Shown here piece after piece: positions 1 through 10,062 of a stretch of 64,000 bases of DNA (the stretch's first letter is position 1; every line of letters begins with the position of its first letter). Origin of the DNA: Alphaproteobacteria bacterium (lineage in GTDB: Bacteria; Pseudomonadota; Alphaproteobacteria; UBA2966); contig OZ219857.1 in assembly GCA_964291395.2 (NCBI GenBank), positions 132,218-196,217 on the forward strand. Reading direction: 5' to 3'. Both the position numbers and the translations under genes were made by a program. The notes beneath the pieces are model-generated. The model was not told the origin of the DNA. It ran no database searches and saw only the letters and a list, made by a program, of their open reading frames with translations.

Positions 1-6
1 CGAAAT

Positions 7-1293
7 TCAGTAGCGGTAGCGGTCGGGCTTGTAGGGACCCTCGATCGGAATACCGAGATACTCGGACTGCTCCTTGGAAAGGCGCGAGAGTCTGACGCCC
101 AACTTGTCGAGGTGAAGACGTGCGACTCTCTCGTCGAGATGCTTGGGCAGCACGTAGACTTTCTTCTCGTATCGATCGGCGTGGTTCCAGAGTTCGAGCT
201 GGGCCATCACTTGGTTCGTGAACGATGCGCTCATCACAAAGCTGGGATGTCCCGTCGCGCACCCCAGGTTCACCAGCCGGCCCTTCGCCAACACGATGAT
301 CCTCTTGCCGTCGGGAAACTCCACTTCGTCGACCTGTGGCTTGACCTCATGCCACTGGAAATTCCGTAACGACGCGATCTGAATCTCGGCGTCGAAATGG
401 CCGATGTTGCAGACGATGGCGCGGTCCTTCATCGCGCGCATGTGGTCGAGAGTAATGACGTCCTTGTTCCCGGTTGCGGTAACGAAGACATCGCCGCGTG
501 ACGCGACGTCTTCCATCATCGCAACCTCATAGCCTTCCATGGATGCCTGGAGGGCACAGATCGGATCGATCTCCGTTACGATGACGCGGGCACCCTGCCC
601 TCTCAGACTCGCAGCCGACCCTTTACCGACTTCGCCATAGCCGCAAACCACCGCCAGCTTGCCCGCCAACATGACGCCCGTCGCCTGCTTGATCCCGTCG
701 ATGAGGCTCTCGCGCGATCCGTACAGGTTGTCGAACTTGGATTTGGTGACCGAATCGTTGACGTTGAATGCCGGAACCAGAAGGTCGCCGGACTTCTCCA
801 TTTGATACAGGCGATGTACCCCCGTGCTCGTCTCTTCCGACAGCCCTCGCACGTTCTCGAGAAGACCCGGGTACTTATCGTGCATGATCTGCGTCAAGTC
901 GCCGCCGTCATCGAGCAGCAGGTTGGGACGCCAGCCATTCGGCCCTTCGATCGTTTGGTCGATGCACCAGTCGTACTCTTCGAGGGTTTCGCCCTTCCAC
1001 GCGTAAACCGGCACACCACCCTCGGCCATGGCCGCGGCGGCCTGGTCCTGGGTCGAAAATATGTTGCAAGAACTCCAGCGAACCTCGGCCCCGAGCGCCG
1101 TAAGCGTCTCGATCAACACCGCGGTCTCGATCGTCATATGAAGGCATCCGGCGATACGCGCACCGTCGAGCGGCCGCCGACCCGCATACTCTTCCCGCAG
1201 CGCCATGAGACCCGGCATCTCCGTCTCGGCAATCGTGATTTCACGGCGTCCCCGCTCCGCCAGGGCGATGTCGGCGACCTTGTAATCTGGCAT
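7..1293 (-). CDS. ahcY: Adenosylhomocysteinase (SAH hydrolase), short form
   Basis: Motifs [61 protein letters not shown]-terminal [10 protein letters not shown]; ATG at 1293. Confidence 0.97.
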   Translation of the reverse strand: MPDYKVADIALAERGRREITIAETEMPGLMALREEYAGRRPLDGARIAGCLHMTIETAVLIETLTALGAEVRWSSCNIFSTQDQAAAAMAEGGVPVYAWKGETLEEYDWCIDQTIEGPNGWRPNLLLDDGGDLTQIMHDKYPGLLENVRGLSEETSTGVHRLYQMEKSGDLLVPAFNVNDSVTKSKFDNLYGSRESLIDGIKQATGVMLAGKLAVVCGYGEVGKGSAASLRGQGARVIVTEIDPICALQASMEGYEVAMMEDVASRGDVFVTATGNKDVITLDHMRAMKDRAIVCNIGHFDAEIQIASLRNFQWHEVKPQVDEVEFPDGKRIIVLAKGRLVNLGCATGHPSFVMSASFTNQVMAQLELWNHADRYEKKVYVLPKHLDERVARLHLDKLGVRLSRLSKEQSEYLGIPIEGPYKPDRYRY

Positions 1294-1454
1294 CAAGCGT
1301 TCCTTGAGGATAAACGAATGGGCCGGCGCCGCGGTCTGCGGCTCGGCCCTTGGTCACACCGTCGAGGGTCTATATCACCCCATCCCTCCCGTCGTAAACA
1401 CGGAGGACCTTCACGTCGCGAGCTGCACCGATTCCCGGAATCCGGAGCGGCCAG

Positions 1455-2345
1455 TCATGTCTCTCCCGGCGCCAGGTCCCTGTGGTTCACCGACACCGCA
1501 TGCCCCTGGGACCCAAGCTCCCCGGCCAGGCGCTCAGCGATGTAGACCGACCGATGGCGGCCGCCCGTGCAGCCGACAGCCACGGTGAGATAACTCTTTC
1601 CCTCCCGCGCATAGTGCGGCAGCAGGTCGCACAACATGTCCGTCAACGACTCGAAAAAGGGTCCGAACGCGGGATCCTTCTCGATGTACACGGCAACCTC
1701 CCCGTCCCTGCCGCTTCGCGGACGCAAGCGTTCGACGTAATGGGGGTTGGCCAGGAAACGCACGTCGAACACCAGATCGGCTTCTCTGGGAAGACCCCGA
1801 CGATAGGAAAATGACGTCACCGATACGGCCATTTCCGGACCGGCATCCAGTGCGAAATACCGCGTTACCAGGTGTCTGAACTCGGGAATGGCGAGATGCG
1901 ACGTATCGATCACGAGATCCGCACTGTCCCGCAATTGCAGCATCAGGCGGCGTTCGTGCGCGATGCCATCCGCGACGGGGCGGTCACCGGCGAGAGGATG
2001 GCGTCGACGAGTTTCCGTGAACCGGTGTTGAAGCACGTCATCGTCGCAATCAAGAAACGCCAGCCTGAACGCCAAGTCCTCGCGCACCGCAAGTGGCATC
2101 ATTTCCGCGACGAATGAATCCGCTTCGAAGTCGCGCGTTCGGACATCTACAACGACGGCGATGGCATCGAGACGCGATGCGGACAGGCGGTCATCTTTGG
2201 GAGCCAACAGTCGACTCAGCAAATGGAGAGGCAAATTGTCGATCGCCTCGTATCCGAGATCCTCGAGGACCTTCAGAGCCGTCGATTTCCCGGCACCCGA
2301 CATTCCGGTGACGAGAACCACCGGTACGGGAGAGTCATCATCCAC
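1455..2345 (-). CDS. rapZ: RNase adapter RapZ (P-loop protein); start uncertain (GTG 2345 or ATG 2429)
   Basis: VTGMSGAGKS Walker A, IDNLP, ETRRRHPL, FDVRFLANP, GCTGGRHRSV. Confidence 0.93.
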   Translation of the reverse strand: MDDDSPVPVVLVTGMSGAGKSTALKVLEDLGYEAIDNLPLHLLSRLLAPKDDRLSASRLDAIAVVVDVRTRDFEADSFVAEMMPLAVREDLAFRLAFLDCDDDVLQHRFTETRRRHPLAGDRPVADGIAHERRLMLQLRDSADLVIDTSHLAIPEFRHLVTRYFALDAGPEMAVSVTSFSYRRGLPREADLVFDVRFLANPHYVERLRPRSGRDGEVAVYIEKDPAFGPFFESLTDMLCDLLPHYAREGKSYLTVAVGCTGGRHRSVYIAERLAGELGSQGHAVSVNHRDLAPGET

Positions 2346-2448
2346 CGCCGTTACCGAAACATCGCCCACCGGGGGCGTTCCCCATGCGCAATAGCGACCG
2401 TCAGCGCCAAGGGTGAGTGCTCCCGGCATCGAAGTCAACGGAGCGCTC

Positions 2449-4119
2449 TCAGGCGGACAACGGCAGCTCCACGATGAAACGCGCCCCCGCGACGTCCCCG
2501 TCTTCGTTACGACGGTTTTCGGCACGGATACCGCCACCGTGTGCAACGACGATCTGCCTGGAAATACTGAGCCCCAGTCCGGAGTGCACGCCGAAGGCTT
2601 CACCTTCCGGTCGTTCGGTGTAGAACCGTTCGAATATGGCTTCCCGCATATCTTCCGGTATACCTGGACCGTCATCCTCTACCGTTATTCGCGCGCGGTC
2701 ATTCTCACGGGAGACGCGAATCCGAATGAGCCCTCCGGGAGGACTGAAGGTGACGGCGTTGGCCAGCAGATTCCTCATGACTTGGCCCAAGCGCCCTTCG
2801 ATGCCGTCGACCACAAGAGAGGCTTCGGACCCGGCGTCGACCACGATGTTGGGCGCCTCGCGGCTTCCCGTTTCCCTCTGGATGCCCACCAAGGTGCGAA
2901 TGAGCTGGACTAGGTCCACGGGCTCGACTTCTGCGCGGGCGAGTTCGGCATCGACGCGCGATGCATCCGCTATATCGCCGATCAATCGATCGAGTCTCGC
3001 AACGTCTTCCTGGATGATGGCCGTCAGTTTCTCTTGCCGCTGGAGATCGCCGCCCTGCGCCAACAACTCTACCGCACTGCGAATGCTGGTAATCGGGTTC
3101 CTCACCTCGTGCGCAACGTCTGCGGCAAACGCCTCGATGGCTTCGATTCTATCGTACAGCGCAGCCGTCATGTCACCCAACGCCCCGGAGAGGTCGCCAA
3201 TTTCATCCCGGCGGGAGGTGAAGTCTGGAATCGCGACACGCCGCGTCGGTCCACGGCGCACGATATCGGCCACCTCCGCCAAACGCCGGACGGGTCGCGC
3301 AATGGTCGCGGCCAGATAGACCGACAACATCACGGTGATCGCGAACGCCAGGACGAATACCTGCAGGATGGCAAGACGCACTTCGCGCACCCCCGCCTCA
3401 ATGTCCTCGCCGCTTGCCGACAGCAGAAGCGCGCCCAGGACTTTCTTGAATCGCTGCACCGGAAGGGCGACGGTCACCATGATCCGCCCGTCCGCGGTGC
3501 GACGCTGCGCGCTGCCGGTCTCACCCTCGAGAGCGTGGAGAACTTCAGGGAAGTCTCCCGCGACCATAGGCGATGGCTCGCGATACAAAGGCAGCGTGGA
3601 GCCGAGCGGCAGATACTCGGAAATCAGATCGGACGCCCAGCCAGCCGCCTTGGACAGATAGCCGTCTTCGGCCGGAGGGACCAGCATCCTGGCCCGTACT
3701 TCCCGATCGCCGCTGAGCAGCACCCGGCTGTCCGCGACGAGAGCCCCGCTTTCGTCGAACAGGCGCACTCGGGTTCCCGTCAGCTGAGAAAGCCGGCGAA
3801 TGAAATCGGTAGCGATCTCCACGTGCAGTGCGATACTTTCGGGAGGTCCGCCGACAGCACCCTCGCCAAGCGCTCCGGCGATGATGGCGCCATTGGTCGA
3901 AAGCGCCGCCACTTTCGCGTCGAAGAGGCTCTCCCGGTACTGGCCGAGAAACAGCAAGCCGCCCACGAGTATCGCCAGCGCCAGCACGTTGACCGCCAGC
4001 ACACGCAATGTGAGGGGTGACAACAAACGACGTCGGGCCTGCACCGCTTGGCGACGCAGTCGTTCGCCCGGCCCTTCAGCCACAGAGGTGGTGTTCTTGT
4101 CCGCGATGTACCCGTTCAT
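2449..4119 (-). CDS. chvG: Sensor histidine kinase ChvG/ExoS
   Basis: SPLTLRVLAVN start, two TM segments, HAMP (RRDEIGDLS), H-box FAADVAHEVRNP, FYTERP..FGVHSGLGLSIS; adjacent to chvI. Confidence 0.92.
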   Translation of the reverse strand: MNGYIADKNTTSVAEGPGERLRRQAVQARRRLLSPLTLRVLAVNVLALAILVGGLLFLGQYRESLFDAKVAALSTNGAIIAGALGEGAVGGPPESIALHVEIATDFIRRLSQLTGTRVRLFDESGALVADSRVLLSGDREVRARMLVPPAEDGYLSKAAGWASDLISEYLPLGSTLPLYREPSPMVAGDFPEVLHALEGETGSAQRRTADGRIMVTVALPVQRFKKVLGALLLSASGEDIEAGVREVRLAILQVFVLAFAITVMLSVYLAATIARPVRRLAEVADIVRRGPTRRVAIPDFTSRRDEIGDLSGALGDMTAALYDRIEAIEAFAADVAHEVRNPITSIRSAVELLAQGGDLQRQEKLTAIIQEDVARLDRLIGDIADASRVDAELARAEVEPVDLVQLIRTLVGIQRETGSREAPNIVVDAGSEASLVVDGIEGRLGQVMRNLLANAVTFSPPGGLIRIRVSRENDRARITVEDDGPGIPEDMREAIFERFYTERPEGEAFGVHSGLGLSISRQIVVAHGGGIRAENRRNEDGDVAGARFIVELPLSA

Positions 4120-4134
4120 GGGCAGTCGGCGAAA

Positions 4135-4845
4135 TTACGCTTCGCGGTACCGATAGCCCACACCGTAAAGGGTCTCGATACTCGCAAAATCCCCGTCAGC
4201 CTCGCGAAACTTCCGACGCAATCTCTTGATATGGCTGTCGATCGTGCGATCGTCGACATAGATGTTGTCGTCGTAAGCCGCATCCATGAGTTGATCGCGA
4301 CTCTTGACGTGTCCCGGGCGAGCCGCGAGCGCCTTGAGAATGAGGAACTCCGTCACCGTCAGACGTACTTCATCGCCGCGCCACGTGCACGAATGTCGGG
4401 ACGGATCGAGGATGAGGTGGCCGCGGACGATCGGTTTGTCGTCCCCGTTCGAACTTTCCCGCCGCCCGCTGTCGGTGCGCCGCAAGACGGCGCGAATGCG
4501 CTCGATGAGCAAGCGCTGGGAAAACGGCTTGCGAATGTAGTCGTCGGCGCCCATTTTCAGGCCCAGCATCTCGTCGATCTCATCGTCCTTGGACGTGAGA
4601 AAGATCGCGGGAACGTCACTCGTCCGCCGCAGTCGATTGAGCAATTCCATACCGTCGAGCCGCGGCATTTTGATGTCGAGGATGACCAAATCCGCCGGCC
4701 GGTGCGTCAAGGCCGTCAGAGCCTCCGCGCCATCGTAGAAGGTCCGCACGCGGAACCCCTCTGCTTCGAGCGCCATCGAAACGGACGTGAGTATGTTTCG
4801 ATCATCGTCGACAAGTGCGATCGTCGCCGAGGTATCGCCGTTCAT
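4135..4845 (-). CDS. chvI: OmpR-family response regulator ChvI
   Basis: [61 protein letters not shown]. Confidence 0.95.
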   Translation of the reverse strand: MNGDTSATIALVDDDRNILTSVSMALEAEGFRVRTFYDGAEALTALTHRPADLVILDIKMPRLDGMELLNRLRRTSDVPAIFLTSKDDEIDEMLGLKMGADDYIRKPFSQRLLIERIRAVLRRTDSGRRESSNGDDKPIVRGHLILDPSRHSCTWRGDEVRLTVTEFLILKALAARPGHVKSRDQLMDAAYDDNIYVDDRTIDSHIKRLRRKFREADGDFASIETLYGVGYRYREA

Positions 4846-4944
4846 CTCAAGTCAGGAGTTCCGTCCATCGCCGGTTGGACGCGATCGTACCATATCCGTG
4901 TTCTTCGTGTCGGGCCGGTTGCAGCCGTTGCATGGATCAATCGG

Positions 4945-4984
4945 ATCCCGGCAAGTCCCGCCATGTCTCGCAAAGTCTCGCAAA
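4945..4984. promoter_or_regulatory. Four tandem 10-bp direct repeats upstream of chvI (candidate OmpR-family operator)
   Basis: atcccggcaa/gtcccgccat/gtctcgcaaa/gtctcgcaaa, 100-140 bp upstream of the chvI start. Confidence 0.5.
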
Positions 4985-4994
4985 TAAACACCAA

Positions 4995-5029
4995 CCATGG
5001 CGATTCTAGGTTGAGCTCGACCGCCATGG
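4995..5029 (-). terminator. Possible hairpin/terminator downstream of polA
   Basis: ccatggcg...cgccatgg inverted repeat followed on the minus strand by ttggtgtttattt. Confidence 0.35.
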
Positions 5030-5039
5030 AATCAAACGC

Positions 5040-7871
5040 CTAGTGGGCCTCGTCCCAGTTCTCGCCGACGCCCGTATCAACGGTGAGCGGCACGCTCAGG
5101 TACGCCGCGTCCTCCATTACGCCCTTGACGACCGATGCCGTCTGATCGATTTCAGCCTCCGGAACGTCGAACAGCAGTTCGTCATGCACCTGGAGCAGCA
5201 TGCGGGCCGACAGTTTCTTCCGTTCGAGGGCCCTGGGAATCCGCACCATCGCGCGTTTGATAATGTCGGCGGCGGATCCTTGCAGCGGCGCGTTGATGGC
5301 CGCCCGCTCACCGAAGTTTCGGCGCGCCGGGTTCTTTTCCCGCAGGCTCGGCACGTGCACGCGGCGACCAAACAATGTCGTCACGTAACCGTTCTTTCGT
5401 GCAAATTCCTTGGTAGTTTCCATGTAGTCCCGGATTCCGGGATAGCGCTCGAAATAAGCCTCGATGTAGGCCTTGGCTTCCTTCTGCGGAATCACCAACT
5501 GCCTGGCCAATCCGAATGGGCTGATGCCGTAGATGATGCCGAAGTTGATGGCCTTTGCGCTGCGGCGCACCGTCGGGTCCATTCCCTCCATCGGCACGCC
5601 GAAAACCTCGCTCGCCGTCAACGCATGGATGTCGGCGCCCGCGTGAAAGGCGTCCTTCAACGTATCGATGTCGGCGATATGCGCGAGCAGCCGAAGTTCG
5701 ATCTGGGAATAGTCGGCGGATAGGAACTTGCAACCGTCCGTAGGCACGAATGCCTGGCGGATTTTCCGTCCTTCTTCCGTCCGCACCGGAATGTTCTGTA
5801 GATTTGGGTCCGTTGACGCAAGCCTTCCCGTACTCGCCGCAGCCATCTGGAACGAGGTGTGCACCCGGCCCGATTCCGCATTGATCTGCGTCTGCAGAGC
5901 GTCGGTGTACGTTCCCTTCAACTTTGAAAGCTGCCGCCAGTCCAGGACCAGGCTCGGCATCTCATGGCCCTGCGCGGCTAGGTCTTCAAGCACGTCCGCC
6001 CCAGTGGCATAAGCGCCGGTCTTACCCTTCTTGCCGCCCGGGATACTCATTTCGTCGAATAGCACCTCACCCAGTTGCTTGGGAGATCCAACGTTGAATT
6101 CATGACCTGCCAGCCTATGGATCTCGTCGACCAGCCGGGACATGCGCATTTTGAAGTCATTGCTGAGCTTCTCGAGCTTCTTCGGATCAACGTGGATGCC
6201 GTTGCGCTCCATGCCGGCGAGTACCGGCACGAGCGGACGCTCAATGGTTTCATAGACACTGACCAAGCGTTCGCTCACCAGCCTCGGCTTCAATATCCGA
6301 TGCAGACGCGCGGTTACGTCTGCGTCCTCCGCCGCGTAGTCCACCGCTTTGTCGAGCGGCACTTTGTCGAAGGTGACCTGCGCTTTGCCGGTTCCCGCGA
6401 CGTCCTTGTACGAAATGGGATCGATGCCCAAGTGAAGCCCCGACAACTCGTCCATGCCATGGCCGTGCAGGCCCCCTTCCAGCACGAAGCTCAATAGCAT
6501 GGTGTCGTCGATCGGGCCGAGCTCGATGCCGTATTTGGCGAACATCGCCATGTCGTACTTGATGTTCTGTCCGATTTTGAGAACACCGGGGTTCTCGAGC
6601 AGCGGCTTCAGGATCTCGATCGCGCGACCGAATGGGATCTGGACCGGCGCTTCGGCATTCTCCGATTCCTCCTCGAGCCCGAGACCGCCCTGCCCTGCCG
6701 CTCCGGTATGGCCGAGCGGCACATAGCAAGCTTTCCCCGGCTCCACCGAGAGAGACACCCCGACCAAATTTGCTTGCATGACATCGAGGGACGTCGTCTC
6801 CGTGTCCACGGTCACCGCACCTTTTGCCTCGGCAGCTTCAACCCAGGCAGCCAGCACCTCTTCGCTTTGGACCGCTACGTACTCGCCGTCGCCCTCGGGC
6901 TCCGAGGCCGATGGCGCTGTGATTTCGCCGGCTTCGTTGCCGAACTTCGCACGCAGGCGCGCCGAAAGGGACGCGAACTCCATCTCATCGAGGAACCCGA
7001 ACAATGTGTCGGGGTCAGGCGGACGGATCTCCAGCGCCTCGATGCCTCGCTTGACGGGGACATCACGCTTCAGCGTCACGAGGTCTCGGCTGACACGCGC
7101 CAACCCGGCGTTTTCCAGCAGATTCTGGCGACGCTTCGGCTGCTTGATCTCCTCGGCGCGGTCGAGAAGCGTATCGAGATCCCCATAGGTGTTGATCAAC
7201 TCGGCCGCTGTCTTCACGCCGATCCCGGGCACACCGGGCACGTTATCGCTGGAATCGCCGGCCAGAGCCTGGACGTCGATTACCTTGTCCGGCCTCACCC
7301 CGAACTTCTCCACGACCTGATCTTCCCGGATCACGGTCTGTTTCATCGGATCCTGCATCGACACGTGATCGCCGACCATCTGCATCAGGTCCTTGTCCGA
7401 CGAGACGATCACTACGTCATAACCCGCTGCGACCGCTTGATCGGCGTAGGTGGCGATCAGGTCGTCGGCCTCGAAGCCCTCCATCTCGATACAGGGTACG
7501 TTAAAGGCACGCGTGGCGTCCCGGACCAGCGGAAACTGCGGGACGAGATCTTCCGGTGGCGGCGGACGATGGGCCTTGTACTCCGGGTAGATGTCGTTGC
7601 GAAAGGATCGGCGTGCGGTATCGAAAATGACCGCCAGGTGGCCGACGTCGTCGTCGGCCAGAGCGTCGTCAACCAGCTTGTTGAGCATGTTGCAGAAGCC
7701 GGAAACGGCACCGACGGGTAAACTGTCGCTCTTTCTCGTAAGGGGAGGAAGCGCATGGTAGGCGCGGAAGATGTAGCCCGAGCCGTCTACCAGCAAGACA
7801 CGCCGAGTGCCGTTCGTCTTCTCGGAAACCCCGGCACTGCGACCGGCTTCGGAACCCTTTGCTGCCATCAT
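5040..7871 (-). CDS. polA: DNA polymerase I
   Basis: LLVDGSGYIFRAYHA 5'-3' exonuclease, DTETT 3'-5' exonuclease, ADYSQIELR, AKAINFGIIYG, LLQVHDEL; GGAGG SD upstream of ATG 7871. Confidence 0.98.
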   Translation of the reverse strand: MMAAKGSEAGRSAGVSEKTNGTRRVLLVDGSGYIFRAYHALPPLTRKSDSLPVGAVSGFCNMLNKLVDDALADDDVGHLAVIFDTARRSFRNDIYPEYKAHRPPPPEDLVPQFPLVRDATRAFNVPCIEMEGFEADDLIATYADQAVAAGYDVVIVSSDKDLMQMVGDHVSMQDPMKQTVIREDQVVEKFGVRPDKVIDVQALAGDSSDNVPGVPGIGVKTAAELINTYGDLDTLLDRAEEIKQPKRRQNLLENAGLARVSRDLVTLKRDVPVKRGIEALEIRPPDPDTLFGFLDEMEFASLSARLRAKFGNEAGEITAPSASEPEGDGEYVAVQSEEVLAAWVEAAEAKGAVTVDTETTSLDVMQANLVGVSLSVEPGKACYVPLGHTGAAGQGGLGLEEESENAEAPVQIPFGRAIEILKPLLENPGVLKIGQNIKYDMAMFAKYGIELGPIDDTMLLSFVLEGGLHGHGMDELSGLHLGIDPISYKDVAGTGKAQVTFDKVPLDKAVDYAAEDADVTARLHRILKPRLVSERLVSVYETIERPLVPVLAGMERNGIHVDPKKLEKLSNDFKMRMSRLVDEIHRLAGHEFNVGSPKQLGEVLFDEMSIPGGKKGKTGAYATGADVLEDLAAQGHEMPSLVLDWRQLSKLKGTYTDALQTQINAESGRVHTSFQMAAASTGRLASTDPNLQNIPVRTEEGRKIRQAFVPTDGCKFLSADYSQIELRLLAHIADIDTLKDAFHAGADIHALTASEVFGVPMEGMDPTVRRSAKAINFGIIYGISPFGLARQLVIPQKEAKAYIEAYFERYPGIRDYMETTKEFARKNGYVTTLFGRRVHVPSLREKNPARRNFGERAAINAPLQGSAADIIKRAMVRIPRALERKKLSARMLLQVHDELLFDVPEAEIDQTASVVKGVMEDAAYLSVPLTVDTGVGENWDEAH

Positions 7872-7957
7872 CGATCCTCCCAAGCCCGCCTCAGTATGCC
7901 ATGAGGCCGGCCGGCGCATAAGCGCCACCCGAAGTTGCCCAGCCGGCGGCCGGCCGG

Positions 7958-9124
7958 TCAGGGACGCTTGAACTGTTTGGAAAGCGCGAGTCCCTGGCGC
8001 TGATAATTGGACCCGATGTCACGCCCGTAAAGCTTGTCCGGCAGCGCCGTAAGCCGTTCGTAGAGCAGACGTCCGACCACCTGACCGTCTTCGATCATGA
8101 ACGGAACGTCCCGTGATCGGACTTCCAGGACCGCCCGCGTTCCTTCTCCGCCGACGTCGGCTAGTCCGAAGCCCGGATCGAAAAAGCCGGCGTAGTGCAC
8201 GCGGAATTCGCCCACCAGCGTATCGTAGGCCAGCATCTCGGCTGCGTGATCGGCCGGAACGGTGACCGACTCCCGGGATGACAGGATGTAGAAGTCGTTG
8301 GGATCGAGAATAACCCCCTGACCCGTCCGCGCCCGTACAGGCTCCCAGTAATCTCTGGGATCGTAGTAGTTGACCTTTGAGACGTCGATCAGGTCGGCAT
8401 TCTTGCGCGCGCGCCAACCGATCAGGTCGGACCCGCCGTTCCCCTGCGCGTCTACCGTAATGGCGAGCAACCCCCGTTTGACGTTCTCCGTAAATACGGT
8501 CTCATCGTCGATGAGTCCGACCTCGGCGTGAAGCTCGCGTAACGCCGCATCGCTCCATCGGGGCGCCCCTCGTTTTATCCGGAGTTGCAGCAAGCGCGTG
8601 CCGGTCTCCACCAGGATGCTGAACGAGCGAGGCGATATCTCGATCCACAGCGGGCCGTGATAGCCGGCCCGCACATGATCGAATTCCGTGCCGCCGTCGG
8701 TGATCAGGCGACAGAACACGTCGAGACGCCCGGTGGAGCTTCTGGGGTTGGCCATGGCCGACGTGCGATGCCTCAGCTGAAGACTTTCCATCACGGGCGC
8801 CAAATAGACGCACCCCTTTTCCAGGACCGCCCCGCCATCGAGCGAGAACTGGTGCATCGCGTACGCTTCGATCTTTTGACCCACCGATGCACCGCGACCG
8901 GGCAGGAAGCTGGCCCGCGTTCTGTAGGCGACAGGACCGAGGCGAAGGTCGACGCTGGCGGGCTGAATCTGCTCCTCGTTGATCGGCTCGGTTGCCTTGA
9001 TCTCACCACGTTCGACCGCTTCGCGCAGTCCCTGGGACGGCACGACACCGGTGGAATGCATCGGCTCCACGCCTGGCTTCATCTCGTCCACGGCAAAGAG
9101 CGTATGTTCGGCCGCGCCAGCCAT
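7958..9124 (-). CDS. dcd: 2'-deoxycytidine 5'-triphosphate deaminase (long alphaproteobacterial type)
   Basis: IQPASVDLRLG, ANPRSSTGRLDVF, GEFRVHYAGFFDPGFG, SNYQRQGLALSKQF. Confidence 0.9.
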   Translation of the reverse strand: MAGAAEHTLFAVDEMKPGVEPMHSTGVVPSQGLREAVERGEIKATEPINEEQIQPASVDLRLGPVAYRTRASFLPGRGASVGQKIEAYAMHQFSLDGGAVLEKGCVYLAPVMESLQLRHRTSAMANPRSSTGRLDVFCRLITDGGTEFDHVRAGYHGPLWIEISPRSFSILVETGTRLLQLRIKRGAPRWSDAALRELHAEVGLIDDETVFTENVKRGLLAITVDAQGNGGSDLIGWRARKNADLIDVSKVNYYDPRDYWEPVRARTGQGVILDPNDFYILSSRESVTVPADHAAEMLAYDTLVGEFRVHYAGFFDPGFGLADVGGEGTRAVLEVRSRDVPFMIEDGQVVGRLLYERLTALPDKLYGRDIGSNYQRQGLALSKQFKRP

Positions 9125-9437
9125 CAATTATCCAAACAAGGGTTTGCCGAGATCGCGATTCCCGGGGAGGATCAAGAACGGCAACCTCGGCAAACCACTG
9201 CTGCCGGCAGTAAATTGGTCCGTCAATTTGTTCGCCTCAGCGATGCTAACGGGTCTTGCGCGCTTGTTGTGCTGCCTTCCCCCGATGGTCACAGTAGCGG
9301 GATTTCCTACCACTCGAAAGCACGGAATCGCGTTGAATTTTCACGAAAATTTCTTCCACAGACAGCACTCCCCACGGAGGTGTCCGGTTGTCAACGCGCT
9401 AAGGATTCAATCCCCGACTCCCACAAGGGAAATTTCT

Positions 9438-9446
9438 TGTGGATAA
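9438..9446 (-). promoter_or_regulatory. Consensus DnaA box
   Basis: TGTGGATAA (= TTATCCACA on the minus strand); near-matches at 9128-9136 (TTATCCAAA) and 9352-9360 (TCTTCCACA). Confidence 0.55.
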
Positions 9447-9459
9447 ATGAGGTATCGGA

Positions 9460-9642
9460 TCAATGGCCGGGCCTCTTGGCTGCGCCAGCCTTGAGAACGA
9501 ATTGCCGATCGCAGTAGGGGCAGTCGATCTGGCCATCCTCCCCCAAGTTGAGATACACCTTCGGGTGCCCCAACGGTCCGCCGCCGTCGCAACTGACAGT
9601 GTGTTCTTCGACCTCAATGACCTCGGGCGGTTCGATGGACAT
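9460..9642 (-). CDS. zf-CHCC zinc-finger protein (NDUFS6-like)
   Basis: 60 aa, VSCDGGGPLGHPKVYL...CPYC. Confidence 0.9.
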   Translation of the reverse strand: MSIEPPEVIEVEEHTVSCDGGGPLGHPKVYLNLGEDGQIDCPYCDRQFVLKAGAAKRPGH

Positions 9643-9985
9643 ACGGCTTTACCCAATCCCGGTTGACCGATCTCGCGACGGCAGTGGCGCGCTGACCCGT
9701 TGTCGGCCGAATGATACGCAAAGTCGACCCGCATTCAACTCGAATGACCTGGTTTCCGGCTTGCCCCGGGGTCCCAATCGGATCACGAACCGTGTCACGA
9801 TTCCACCTGCTCGATCGATCACCTTCGCCGGCCGGGAGATCGCCGACATGACGACCCGGGAGTCAAATTCCGAGGATCTGTTCGCGCGGCCGGCGAACGC
9901 GCACGCAGCTCGTGACGCATCGGTGCTGCACATCCGGTTCGGGCGAATTGCGCCGCTGTCGAACCTTGGGGTAACGTCGGTCCAA

Positions 9986-10062
9986 GCACCCGTAGCTCAG
10001 CCGGATAGAGCGCTGCCCTCCGAAGGCAGAGGTCACAGGTTCGAATCCTGTCGGGTGCGCCA
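9986..10062 (+). tRNA. tRNA-Arg(CCG)
   Basis: GCACCCG acceptor stem pairing with CGGGTGC, anticodon arm CTGCC-CT-CCG-AA-GGCAG, GGTTCGAATCC T-arm, encoded CCA; 77 nt. Confidence 0.97.

Noticed and set aside
1294-1454. SAH or SAM riboswitch upstream of ahcY
   Set aside because: I could not find the SAH riboswitch consensus elements on the minus strand; an Infernal search would be needed to exclude it fully.
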